A stretch of DNA of 62,024 nt, filler included, from Limisphaerales bacterium (lineage in GTDB: Bacteria > Verrucomicrobiota > Verrucomicrobiia > Limisphaerales > SIBE01): NCBI GenBank assembly GCA_044225505.1. It is 3 parts of 3 records of this genome, joined end to end, with 100 filler letters (N's around TTAATTAATTAA, not from the genome) between each part and the next. Parts side by side here need not be neighbours in the genome. Positions count along the whole stretch, not along the records: positions 29,560 to 58,862 come from JBGAIN010000100.1; 2 more parts are not named here. One strand, 5' to 3'. Below the pieces are notes generated by a model, which was not told the DNA's origin, searched no databases, and saw only the letters and a list, made by a program, of their open reading frames with translations. Below, piece after piece: positions 29,560-40,282 of this stretch (position 1 is the first letter of the stretch; every line of letters starts with the position of its first letter). Position numbers and translations under genes: made by a program.

Positions 29560-31993
29560 CGAAGCTCTGACCAACCCGCCGCCCGCAAACGCTCCCGCAC
29601 AGCAGACGCAACAGCCCCCGGGCGTGCCAGGGTCTGCCCCTGCAGTTTCTCCCAAGCCCGCGCCATCGGAGACGCCAGCGCCCCTCAAAACTCTTCCCGT
29701 GCAGCCGGTCGCAGTACCGACAAACCCTCCGACCATCATTCACGTTCCATCTCCGGCCCATGCTCTGACTAATGCTCCAGCCACAGCTGTGGTGCCAGCG
29801 GCGAACCGCGGCGTCCCCGCAGCGCCGGGCACGCAATTAATTGCGCCCCCGGGCGGCAGACCTTTTTCTGGCCGCGCCAACCCAGCGGTTGCTGGACAAC
29901 CGGTCCCCGATCCAGCGATGACACAGCCGTCTGGTGGTTTGCCAACCTTGCCAGGCGCCGCCCCTTTCCCTGCCGCCGCAGCACCGCGCCCCAATGCCGT
30001 TCAAGTTGCTGGAAATCTTGATCCAAACGAGATCATTCCCGCCGGGACGATCCAGGTTCAAGGCATGGACCCCGACCAGTTCTTTGATATCTATTCGCAG
30101 ATCTCCGGCCGGACCGTGATTCGCAATTACCAGCTCCAAGGGCTGCAAAAGATTACGCTCAAAGCGGCCACTGATTGGACCAGGCAAGAAGCGGTTTTCG
30201 CCATGGACGCTGTGATGGCGCAGAACCAAATAGCGATGATCCCGATCGGCGAGAAATTCGTGAAAGCGGTCCCCATGCAATTCGCAGCGACGGAAGGTGC
30301 ACCGCCCAGCAAAGTTCAGCCGACGGATTATGCCGAATCGGAGCCGTTCATTACCCAGGTTGTTGAGCTCAAGGTGGTGAAACCGACCGAGCTGCAGCAA
30401 CTGCTCAGCACATTCACCAAAACGCCGCAAGGCATTACCGCTTTTGACAACACGCAGACGCTTGTGATTCGCGACTGGGCATCCAATGTCAAACGTATGC
30501 TGGAAGTGATTCGAAGCGTCGATGTTCCGGCAAAGGAGCCTGATTATCACTTGGAAGCCATTCCGGTGAAGTATGGAAAGGTTGTCGATCTCTACAACAC
30601 CATGCAGGCTCTGATCTCCGGATCTGGCGCTGCGGGCGGAACAGCAACGACTGCCGGGACGGGCAGTCAATTTGGGCAATATGGATCAGGCCGATCGGGC
30701 GGAGGTCGCTACGGCGGAACTTCCAGCCGCTATGGCGGCGGAGGCGGCTATGGAGGATATGGTGGAGGCGGAGGCTACGGCGGCGGCGGTTACGGTCGTT
30801 CCTACGGTGGTTATGGCTCTGGAGGTGGAATGTATCCCTACGACGAGTCCACGGAAAAGCTGTCGCCAATGCAAGCAACCACCCCGACGCCCAATACGGC
30901 CACCGGGCGCACCAGCGTTGGGGGCGCGCAAAACAACTTTCAAAATCGGCTGAATCAAATCGTGCGGCGCGCGGCTTCGGGGTCTGGTCCGGAAGAAGTC
31001 CAAGTCCTCGAAGACGCCCGGATCGTTCCGGACGAGCGATCGAACAAGCTTCTCGTGTTCGCCAACCGCCGAGACATGGAAATGATTACGAACATTGTTT
31101 CCAAAGTCGACGTGCTCCTCGCCCAGGTCCTTATCGAGGCGGTGATCATGGAGGTGCGTCTGGGCGATTCGCAAAAGCTGGGTGTCAGCTGGGCGCAACG
31201 GCCGAAAAACTTCGGAGGCGGGTCGGCCGGCGCCGGCGCGATCAACAATGGCCAGGGATTTCTGAATAGCGTAACGAACTTTCCAGGCTCTTTAGGTCAA
31301 GGGTTTAGCTACTTTGGCACCGTCGCCAACGACTGGGATGTAGCGATCAACGTCCTGGCCGAAAACAGCAGCATCAATGTGGTTTCGCGGCCGCGGATTC
31401 AAACTTCTCATGCTATTCCTGGCAGTTTCTTCGTGGGAGAAACTGTGCCTTATATCACTGGCTTTACGGACTACGGCGGTTTGGTTGGTTCGAGCGGCTT
31501 AGCCACGCGGTCTGTGGTACAACAAGCCAACGTCGGCTTCAGCCTATTTGTCACTCCTTTCATCACGCCGGACGGACTGGTTGTGATGGAGATTTCTCAG
31601 GAGTTCAGCACCCGTGGTCGTGACGTGCTTATCGATAACAATCCGGTTCCCATCATCAACGGCCGCAACGCGGACTCGACTCTTACGGTGCGAGATGGAG
31701 ATACCATCATGATGGGCGGCTTTATCACAGAGAATCGCTCGCGAGCAAAATCCGGGGTTCCCTTCCTCAAAGATATTCCGGGGCTGGGCGCGCTTTTCCG
31801 GTCGAAGAATGATTCTAATGACCGGACCGAATTGATCGTGCTGATGCGCGCTCGGGTGTTGCGCACTCCTGAGGATGCGGCCGTGGTGGCTACCCAGGAG
31901 AAGTACGACCTTCCTGGAATTCGTCACGCCGAGGAAGACCTGCAACAAGCCAACGAGAAACGCAAACAGAAGGCTGCCAAAGCGCGCAAGTAA
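29560..31993 (+). CDS. gspD: Type II secretion/secretin GspD-like protein (5' truncated)
   Basis: N-domains, VPDERSNKLLV, QVLIEAVIMEV, VSRPRIQT, VRDGDTIMMGG, SGVPFLKDIPGLGALFR, RTELIVL. Confidence 0.92.
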
Positions 31994-32096
31994 CAACACG
32001 GGACCGGCGTGGGCAGGACCCGCGCTTGCCGTGAGAAGTTGAATTTCGGCATCGACTGGACAAAGTCCAGAACCGCCCTCCAGTGCGGTCGCACGC

Positions 32097-35000
32097 TCAC
32101 CAGCAGAAGAACCGATACGGGTCGTCCCACTCCTGGGGTTTATCCAGATAATAACTCTCGAGCCAGCGCGACTCGGAGGCGCCCGAGCGCAGTGGCTTGT
32201 TCCAGTACTCCAGGAGCAAAGTCTGGGAGTCCACTCCTAAGTTCGCTAAAACTCGAGATAAGGCGCGCGCCACCCCGCGATAGGTGCGTCGGACGTTGGC
32301 CAACTCACCCGAGAATTCCCAGGGCACCAATTGGCAGATGATCAGCCTTCCTTCCTTTGCCTGCGCCAGGACTCCCTCTCCGAATATCTCAGCGCCCTGT
32401 TTCACGAGGGGTAATCGTTTCGGACTGCGGTTATGCACATCGCCCGGACTTACTCCGCAAAAGGGTGTGCGCCAAAGAAACGGCTCAAAATACCCAGCGA
32501 TGTATTCGGTGGTTTTGATTTCAACCGAGCGTGGCGAAAACGGCTCGATTGAACCTTGCTCAAGACCAAGGGCCAACACTTGACCTCCCGCTTGTATAAA
32601 CGTTGCGACGTCAGCCCTGGTCAGAGTTTTTTCGACCTCCGCACCCAAACTCAAGACGAGTAAGTCGTTCGTCGAAAGACCGATTCCGTTGTCAGCGGGC
32701 AAATCGAACCCGCATCGTCCCAAGTGTTGTCTTCCAACGGAGCCCCCAACGTAGAACATGCGGCGTGCTCGCCTCGGCTCCCACTGGTCGACGTAACGGA
32801 GCAAATTCGATACTAAGATTGCCGCCGCTGGTTCCCCCTCGGTCCGGCCGGTCACATCGAACTGACAGAATAGGATAAGCCCCTGCCCTTCGTGAAACTC
32901 GAGCAATGGACTGAACTGCAAACCAAATCCGCCGTCCACAATGGGCAAGAAATCCCCCCGCGCCGGTTTTTCGATCAGGACAGACGCCACCACACCTTGG
33001 TTTCCAGCTCGCCAAGCTCGCGTTACAGGAAGGCCACACCATTCCACTTCCGGCGCATGGCGCGATCCTATCGTGTAATTCAGCCGATCTGAAACCAGTG
33101 TGCCGGCACCGCGCCAATTCTGGAGCAACTCATCGGAAACGTCTGCCACCACCGGATGACCCGGGACGCGGACGAAAGCGTTCCTCAGCCCGTATTCTGC
33201 CACGCGAAATCCCAATCGCTTCTCCAGCACAGCTGAGCTCTGCTCAAATTGAATGACTTTCAGACCTTCGCGAACTCGAGTTATCGGAGGCAGCGCATTT
33301 TCAAGCGTCAGGGCAAGTTTGCCCACGATTAGAACATCCGCCTCGGCGAGATTCGACGCGCTTTCCACGAGAGTGTAAGGGACCTGAAGTCGATCCAGGA
33401 GTTGGCGGGTTTCGCCCCGCGGATCGAACAGCGCCACTTTACTCCGTAACTTCGGCGTGGTGGGTGCCGGCACTACTTGAAGGGCGAATTGATCGTCCTG
33501 GCTTGGCGCATTGTCGAACTGGATGTGTGCCCGCAGGTGATAACGGCCGGGAGAGCAAGCCGGGGAGAGATCGATCCGTAACGGCAGTCGAACTTGCTGA
33601 CCTGGCTGAACAATCGCGCGCTCCTTGCCTTGCTTCGTTGGAGAAAGATCGATGGCCCAGTTGCATTCGGCCCGCACCGTCATCCTGGAATTGTTGATGA
33701 GGATCAGCTGCTTCGTGACACTTTCGCCAGGAGCAAACGTATGGTCCAGGCTCGTGAACTTTTCCGCCTTTCCCGCAAGGTACGCTAACAGAGGCTGATT
33801 GTTGCGAATTAGGGCTTCCCCCGCCGTTGTTGGTATCCAGTCAGCCCGCTCGTAGGATGTGTTCATCCAGTCCATTTGGTCGTCGATAAAGTCAGGACTG
33901 AATCCTGGCCGTTGGAGTCGATCCCAGTCCACGAGCAATTCGCGCCGGACGCGTCCTGCACCGTTTCGCAACCGCCAATAATCCCCATGATCCCATGGGC
34001 AAAGCGCAGAAACTCCCCAGGTACGAAAAGCGCGCAAACTGCTGGTCAAATAACCTGCGATTATGGCGTTGCGATCCTGGTAATCGTTTGAAGCAGCGGC
34101 ATTGCGCGGGTAATCCCACCGATGCCAAGCATGGCCAGCGGCCAATTCTCGCGCTTCCCATCGCAGGGCAATCCGCTCCAACTCGGTGATCTGGTAAGCC
34201 GCTGGGCCCACGAACTGCGCGTTCCATTCGGCCAGGCAGAGTTCCCACGGCACTTGCGCTCCCCCAAATGCACGCACGCCACGATACCAACCACGATACA
34301 TCATCCAGTCCCAAAAGATCGGAACGCCATACTCGCAAAGAAAGAGAGGTTTGACTCCGACTGTCGCCCAGTGCTCAAACCAATCGGCCATCTCCTGCGC
34401 CGGCGTGAAGTTCGCATAGAAATTCACGGTATGCATGCTGCCCAAATTCCCTGACGAATGATGATAAATGACGCGGCTTGAATCCAAGCCCTGGACGATA
34501 GCCTCCGCGCGGCGCGCTTTCTTGGCGTTGTTTCCCGACCAGGTGTCGCGTTGGTCGTGGGTGCCATCAATCTGATCCGGGTTCATGCTCTCGATCGTCC
34601 CGGTTGAGTTGTGACTCATGGCGTAACAGACCACTGCGGGATGATTCCCCGCTGCCGCCACATAGAACGCAGCATGCGTCTTGTAGCCGTTGGTGCTGGC
34701 AGCGTCTGCTCCGGACCAATCATACTGCCCAAAGTGGGGCTGCGAAAAAGCGACCAACATTCCCTCATCGTCCGCCGCGCGCAGAATTTCGGCGAAGCTC
34801 AAATGCGTGCCGGGTTCACACCCGTAGTTGTGGGTGTAGACGAAATTGATGCCGAACGACTTTAGCCGTTGCAGGCTCTCGCGCGCGCCCTCGTAGGTCG
34901 CCCAGGCAGCGCCAATCTGCGCATTATCCAACGGCACCACGCTTAGAAATATCCGGCTGCCATTGAGATAGAAATCGCGGCCGTCAATCCAGAACTCTCG

Positions 35001-35987
35001 AAACCCAAATCTTTCCTTAAACGTCACGTCCTCGACGCGGCCGTCGGCATTGAGCAACATTAAAGTGGCTTCAGAGGTGTTCTCGGGCGTGTGCGTATCC
35101 CAAAGCGCCTCTGGACGCCACGCTTCAGAGAAATTGAATCGACCGCCGTTAAGGTCGGTCGTCTCAAAACTGGGACTCTTGAATTCGCGCTCGATCCTCC
35201 CATCGCGCATGACTTGCGCACGAATGGTGTAGCGGTGACTCGGCCTCAGATCGTACAACTCTGCTTCAAACCCGATCTCCCAGCGACGAACAGAGGTGGA
35301 AACACGGAACTGGCCCAACCGCGCCGCGGGTGGAGTTCCGACCAGATAGACGTCGCCACAGAGTCCTCGACGCTCGACGGTTCCTTCCACCGCGCTGGCA
35401 CCGAACGTATCGCGGTTGGACTGCATCACGGCCTTGAGTGGGACCGCCCGGACTAAGACGCTCAATCGTTGCGGCTGCCCAATACGGACCGCGCCGGAGA
35501 GATCCACTTCGCCCCCTGGAAACCGAACGTCCCCAACTCGCCGGTCATCGATCCAAACCTCCGCAACGGAGTTGACATTCTCCAGGGTCAGTGTGATTCG
35601 ACGCCCAGCCCACGCAGCAGGAACCGTGAAGTCCCGCTCCGACCAGGCCGCGCGCACGGAACTCAACGCCCTCGACTCCCACTGGGGGTGTTTCCAAACG
35701 GTCTGACAGTCCTTTTGAAGATAGTCGGTGATTCCTGGCCAGCACCCTGGGACTTTGAAAAATCCCCAACCTCCGGAAGGGACTTCAATGCTCGCTGATG
35801 TTGAGGGCTGCCATCGCCAGAGCCCATTCAGTGAAATCCGTTCGCGAGTCGGCGTGCGATCGCGCCAGGCCAGATCCATGTCCCAAACAGCACGAACACC
35901 GGATGGCAGCGGGACCGAACGGCCTTCCTGGCCCGCAGCGCCCCAAGCGGTCCATAACAGGATGGTGACGATCGAGAATAGCCTCAT
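32097..35987 (-). CDS. Large secreted GH2-like glycoside hydrolase
   Basis: Signal peptide, ISLNGLWRW, FGFREFWIDGRDFYLNG, NHPAVV, KPLFLCEYG. Confidence 0.8.
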   Translation of the reverse strand: MRLFSIVTILLWTAWGAAGQEGRSVPLPSGVRAVWDMDLAWRDRTPTRERISLNGLWRWQPSTSASIEVPSGGWGFFKVPGCWPGITDYLQKDCQTVWKHPQWESRALSSVRAAWSERDFTVPAAWAGRRITLTLENVNSVAEVWIDDRRVGDVRFPGGEVDLSGAVRIGQPQRLSVLVRAVPLKAVMQSNRDTFGASAVEGTVERRGLCGDVYLVGTPPAARLGQFRVSTSVRRWEIGFEAELYDLRPSHRYTIRAQVMRDGRIEREFKSPSFETTDLNGGRFNFSEAWRPEALWDTHTPENTSEATLMLLNADGRVEDVTFKERFGFREFWIDGRDFYLNGSRIFLSVVPLDNAQIGAAWATYEGARESLQRLKSFGINFVYTHNYGCEPGTHLSFAEILRAADDEGMLVAFSQPHFGQYDWSGADAASTNGYKTHAAFYVAAAGNHPAVVCYAMSHNSTGTIESMNPDQIDGTHDQRDTWSGNNAKKARRAEAIVQGLDSSRVIYHHSSGNLGSMHTVNFYANFTPAQEMADWFEHWATVGVKPLFLCEYGVPIFWDWMMYRGWYRGVRAFGGAQVPWELCLAEWNAQFVGPAAYQITELERIALRWEARELAAGHAWHRWDYPRNAAASNDYQDRNAIIAGYLTSSLRAFRTWGVSALCPWDHGDYWRLRNGAGRVRRELLVDWDRLQRPGFSPDFIDDQMDWMNTSYERADWIPTTAGEALIRNNQPLLAYLAGKAEKFTSLDHTFAPGESVTKQLILINNSRMTVRAECNWAIDLSPTKQGKERAIVQPGQQVRLPLRIDLSPACSPGRYHLRAHIQFDNAPSQDDQFALQVVPAPTTPKLRSKVALFDPRGETRQLLDRLQVPYTLVESASNLAEADVLIVGKLALTLENALPPITRVREGLKVIQFEQSSAVLEKRLGFRVAEYGLRNAFVRVPGHPVVADVSDELLQNWRGAGTLVSDRLNYTIGSRHAPEVEWCGLPVTRAWRAGNQGVVASVLIEKPARGDFLPIVDGGFGLQFSPLLEFHEGQGLILFCQFDVTGRTEGEPAAAILVSNLLRYVDQWEPRRARRMFYVGGSVGRQHLGRCGFDLPADNGIGLSTNDLLVLSLGAEVEKTLTRADVATFIQAGGQVLALGLEQGSIEPFSPRSVEIKTTEYIAGYFEPFLWRTPFCGVSPGDVHNRSPKRLPLVKQGAEIFGEGVLAQAKEGRLIICQLVPWEFSGELANVRRTYRGVARALSRVLANLGVDSQTLLLEYWNKPLRSGASESRWLESYYLDKPQEWDDPYRFFCW

Positions 35988-36116
35988 GGCGCGCGACCAC
36001 CAGCGACCCTATCCACGCAATCGAACGGCGTTCGCCGTTCCAAATCCAGTTCCTTGGGCGGATCAAGGCACTCCCAAGGCAACCCCGAATGAATACTTTA
36101 AACCTTCCCGCGCAGC

Positions 36117-37523
36117 TCAACCAACTTCCCAGCCCGGACGATACTGTTCTTTGATAATCGCGTCCGCTTCAGGCACACCGATAGCCTTGAGGTTAGCCGC
36201 ATCCCAATAAATCTTCTTTCCGGTCCGCAACGACAAAATTCCCAGGAGGGTGATCTCGGTCAGCTTCGCACCGTATTCGAAATTGCTGCTCGCCGGTCCA
36301 CCGCCTTTGATGGCATCGAGCCAATCGCGATGATGGCCGCGCGATCGTTTGAGAGAGGCGGCTGGTTTTTGATAAGCCTCGTTCCGGCTGTCGGGAAGCA
36401 ATCGAGGTTTTCCCCCCGCGCCGCCGCAGAAGAGCAATCCTTTGTCGCCGATAAAGAGCACCCCGCGTCCCGGCATCTTTTCATCCGCACTCCACTCATC
36501 CGGACGCGGAGGCATCAGACCGCCATCGTACCAGGTCAACTTGACGGCCGGTTTGTCTCCTCGAGCTGGAAACTGGTAATAAACGATCTCTCCGTGCGGC
36601 CCAATTTCCGCATTCATCTGGCCAGCTGCGTGGGCCTCCACGGTCGTCGGCTCTTTGAGGTCCAAAGCCCAGGTGGCTGCATCCATATCGTGGCAACCAA
36701 AGTCGCCCAGGCCGCCGCCGCCAAAAGCCCAGAAGTCGCGCCACGTCACTGGGGTGTAAGCGGGATGGTACGGTCGAACTTCTCGCGCGCCGAGCCACAA
36801 ATCCCAGTTCACTCCCTCAGGAACGGTCGGAGTCTCAGTAGGCCGTCCCGTTAACGTCTTATTCCAGCGGTAGGCCGACACCCAGGCATGCACCTCGCGG
36901 ACCGTCCCGATCGCACCGTCCCAAATCCACTCGCACGTTTCCCGCATCCCATCGGTCGAATGGCCAATATTTCCCATCTGGGTCGCCACGCCTGTTTCTT
37001 TGGCCACTCTCGCAACTTCTCGAGCTTCCCAAATATTGTGAGTCAAAGGCTTCTCGCAAAAAACGTGCTTCCCAGCCTTCATGCTGCGGACTGAGACATA
37101 GGCATGTTGATGATCCGGCGTTGCGCACAGGATTGCATCAACCGCAGACTCTTTTTCCAGCATCACCCGAAAATCCTCGTAGCCAGCGCATCGGAAGTTT
37201 GGTGTTTTCGCCGAGTAATGTTTCTCAATTTCCGCTCGGACCGGTTCGCGCCCGCCCAAACCCTTGTAGTAAAACGGGTCCAGGTCGCACCGGGCAATGG
37301 GATCGGCCACGGCGATAATCTGGGTGTCGGCGTGGGGAAAGAGCGCTCGGACATTCGTGCGGCCTTGGCCTCCGACTCCGACGACGGCAACGTTGATTTT
37401 TTCACTGGGGGGAACAAATTTGGGTCCGCCCAGAACGTAGCGGGGCACCAGACTGAAAGCGCCTGCGGCCGCAACGGTTTTAACAAGGAACTGACGCCGG
37501 GAAGTGTTGCCTGTGACTTTCAT
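36117..37523 (-). CDS. Gfo/Idh/MocA oxidoreductase with Tat signal
   Basis: SRRQFL, VGVGGQG, ATPDHQH, FCEKP, GDFGCH. Confidence 0.95.
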   Translation of the reverse strand: MKVTGNTSRRQFLVKTVAAAGAFSLVPRYVLGGPKFVPPSEKINVAVVGVGGQGRTNVRALFPHADTQIIAVADPIARCDLDPFYYKGLGGREPVRAEIEKHYSAKTPNFRCAGYEDFRVMLEKESAVDAILCATPDHQHAYVSVRSMKAGKHVFCEKPLTHNIWEAREVARVAKETGVATQMGNIGHSTDGMRETCEWIWDGAIGTVREVHAWVSAYRWNKTLTGRPTETPTVPEGVNWDLWLGAREVRPYHPAYTPVTWRDFWAFGGGGLGDFGCHDMDAATWALDLKEPTTVEAHAAGQMNAEIGPHGEIVYYQFPARGDKPAVKLTWYDGGLMPPRPDEWSADEKMPGRGVLFIGDKGLLFCGGAGGKPRLLPDSRNEAYQKPAASLKRSRGHHRDWLDAIKGGGPASSNFEYGAKLTEITLLGILSLRTGKKIYWDAANLKAIGVPEADAIIKEQYRPGWEVG

Positions 37524-37672
37524 GGTCTCTTCTTTGACTTGGTTTTACATAGCGCGATTCACGCGGCATGACACGTACTAAATCATTTCGCCCAAAGACC
37601 TGGTTTTCGCCAGTGACGTGGATTGGACTGGCGCAGGAGAGATAGCAGCCCTAGGATACACCGGTTTACGTC

Positions 37673-39151
37673 ATGCAAGCATCAGTGCCCCGAACGTATC
37701 TAGCTCCTTGGATTTGTGCCGCGCTACTGATTGGCCATACGGTATCCGTCATCCGCGCAGACCCGGTCCTGGATTGGAATTCGCTCATGATCGACGCGAT
37801 TCGGAGCGACAATAGCGGTCCGACGTTGAGTTCGAGGAACCTGGCCATTTTGCACACCGCAATTTACGATGCGGTGAATTCTGTCGTTCGCACCCATCAG
37901 CCGTACCGGTTTCAGCTCGATGCCCCCGCCGAAACATCGGCCGAGGCAGCCGCCGCCACCGCCGCCTATGAGGTGATGCGATCCCTTTACCAACCATTCC
38001 TAGCTCGGGCAGATGACCTTTACTCCACCTGGCTCGCCACCGCGCCTCAAACCTCAGCCACAACCAATGGAATAAAGCTCGGACGCGAGATCGGACAACT
38101 TGCCTTGCAGGATCGCTCCGCGGATGGTTCTTCGACAGACGTGCCTTACATCCCCAGCGATGCTCCAGGACAGTGGCGGAGAACACCTCCGTTCTTTCGT
38201 CCTCCCTTGACGCCGCAGTGGCGTTACGTCACTCCTTTTTGCCTCCCAGGTTTGGACACGTTCATGCCCCCGCCACCTCCTGCGCTTGACAGTCCGGAAT
38301 ACGCGGAAGCCTTGAATGAGGTTAAAGCGATCGGAAGCGTGAACAGCACTGTCCGGACGGCGGAGCAGGACGTGATCGCGCGGTTCTGGTCAGACTTCAG
38401 TTACACGTCCATGCCGCCGGGCCACTGGCACTTGATCGCCGAGGAGATCGCTCGTGATCGCCAGAATACACTCGAAGAGAACGCACGCCTGTTTGCGTTG
38501 ATAAGTGTGGCTCAAGCGGACGGGGCCATCCTCTGCTGGGAAGTCAAGTTCCTCTACAATTTTTGGCGTCCGGTCACAGCGATACAGCGCGCCGATGAGG
38601 ACAATAACCCGCTGACCGAGGCCGACCCGAGCTGGGCGCAGATGCTCCCCTCTCCCCCGTTCCCTGCCTACCCCAGCGGCCATAGCACTTTCAGCAAAGC
38701 GAGTGCGCAGGTCCTCACCCATTTTTACGGCACGGACTCCATCCCCTTCACCGCCACCTCAGATACTCTCCCTGGAGTCTTTCGAACGTTTCAAAGCCTT
38801 TCCGCCTGTGCCGACGAAATCGGCATGAGCCGCATCTATGGGGGTTTTCATTATAGCTTCGACAATGTCCAAGGCAAGAACTGCGGGGGACATGTTGGCG
38901 ACTACGTGAGTCTGAACTTTTTTCTGCCAAACGCTGCACTGCCTCTGGCCAGGGTTGAGCGCATCCGGGACGGCGCGCTCCAGGTTCGGGTCCACGGACG
39001 GGCTGATCAGACGACGATTCTGGAGTCGTCTCCAAACCTGGTTGCCTGGCAGGGCGTCTCGACCAACCAGTTCGTGGCCGGCGGGACGGTCATCAACTAC
39101 TTTCCGTCCAGTGCGGCTCCTTACCAGTTCTTCCGAGTCCGCGAGCAGTAG
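37673..39151 (+). CDS. Secreted vanadium-dependent haloperoxidase/PAP2-family protein
   Basis: Three conserved motifs KFLYNFWRP, YPSGHS and SRIYGGFH. Signal peptide plus an extra C-terminal domain. Confidence 0.9.
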   Translation: MQASVPRTYLAPWICAALLIGHTVSVIRADPVLDWNSLMIDAIRSDNSGPTLSSRNLAILHTAIYDAVNSVVRTHQPYRFQLDAPAETSAEAAAATAAYEVMRSLYQPFLARADDLYSTWLATAPQTSATTNGIKLGREIGQLALQDRSADGSSTDVPYIPSDAPGQWRRTPPFFRPPLTPQWRYVTPFCLPGLDTFMPPPPPALDSPEYAEALNEVKAIGSVNSTVRTAEQDVIARFWSDFSYTSMPPGHWHLIAEEIARDRQNTLEENARLFALISVAQADGAILCWEVKFLYNFWRPVTAIQRADEDNNPLTEADPSWAQMLPSPPFPAYPSGHSTFSKASAQVLTHFYGTDSIPFTATSDTLPGVFRTFQSLSACADEIGMSRIYGGFHYSFDNVQGKNCGGHVGDYVSLNFFLPNAALPLARVERIRDGALQVRVHGRADQTTILESSPNLVAWQGVSTNQFVAGGTVINYFPSSAAPYQFFRVREQ

Positions 39152-39201
39152 GCCTTCCGACGCCGTGGTCTTGGCCTGGCCGTCGGGCTCAACGCACCGT
39201 T

Positions 39202-40275
39202 TTAGCGAAGCCATTCGTCCAGATTCGCTTCCACGAATGCGTCGTCGTTCAGCTCTGGATAACCAGCGTAAATCCGGTCGATTTCCTGCTTTTGACCAGG
39301 CGATAACTGCAAACGCGGGTCCAGGCAGACCAGGTTCGTCATGAGGCCTTGGCGACGCAGGACCTCATGGATACCTGGGATGCAGCCCGCAAATCCGTGC
39401 GCGGTGTCGAACAACGCAGCATTGCAGTCCGTCACCTGGACCGCGCGCGTCAAAAGTGTCTGCGGCAGGGCGCGTCGCGCCCGCTGGGCTCGGCAAGCGT
39501 CGAACAAACCGCGTGAGGCACGGCTCCAACAGGCCCAATGCCCAAGCAACCCGCCCGCGAAGCGCAGTCGGACGTCCTGGCCGCCGACGGGCAGGACATA
39601 CTCGGTCAGCAAGTCCAACAGGATGTTATCATCATTGCCAGTATAGAGCGCGATTTCACTCGCTCGGCCGGATTCCGCCACCGCACGAATTACGTCTAAT
39701 GTCGCGTAGCGATTAAAGGCGGCGATTTTGATCGCGCAGACGTTTGGGATTTCAACGAAGCGGCGCCAAAACCCGGCCGATAACAGCCGTCCGCCGACCG
39801 CCGGTTGCAGGTAAAAGCCAAAGATTGGAATCGTCCGCGCGACCGCGCGGCAATGCTCGATCAAGGTCGACTCCGGATCATTCCGGAACGCCGCTAACGA
39901 GAGCAACCCGAGGTGATACCCAGCCCTCACAGCGCCTCCCGCTTCCGCCACAGCTTGACGGGTGCGCCCGCAAATGCCGGCAATGCGCACTGAACTCCGG
40001 CCGGCCGCAGCATCGCAAGCGGTAATCGTATCAGCGGCCAATTCCCAGATAGGACGGAGCAGTCCATGCGCTGGATCGCGGATCTCAAACTGCGTTGTGT
40101 GAACTCCGATAGCGAAGCCGTCGGCGCCCGCGGCATGGTAATAGCGGGACAACGCTCGCTGCCGCTTGACGTCAAGTTTACGCGACCGAGTCAGTGCCAG
40201 CGGATGCGCCGGGATGAATAAGCCGTCAGCGAGCCGTTCCAAGACCCAGGTGGGAGGTGCCGGAAATACTGCCAT
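39202..40275 (-). CDS. Dihydrodipicolinate-synthase-like aldolase family protein
   Basis: IPAHPLAL, GVHTTQF, GFYLQ, IKIA (Schiff-base Lys), YTGNDD. Confidence 0.88.
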   Translation of the reverse strand: MAVFPAPPTWVLERLADGLFIPAHPLALTRSRKLDVKRQRALSRYYHAAGADGFAIGVHTTQFEIRDPAHGLLRPIWELAADTITACDAAAGRSSVRIAGICGRTRQAVAEAGGAVRAGYHLGLLSLAAFRNDPESTLIEHCRAVARTIPIFGFYLQPAVGGRLLSAGFWRRFVEIPNVCAIKIAAFNRYATLDVIRAVAESGRASEIALYTGNDDNILLDLLTEYVLPVGGQDVRLRFAGGLLGHWACWSRASRGLFDACRAQRARRALPQTLLTRAVQVTDCNAALFDTAHGFAGCIPGIHEVLRRQGLMTNLVCLDPRLQLSPGQKQEIDRIYAGYPELNDDAFVEANLDEWLR

Positions 40276-40282
40276 AGTGTTC

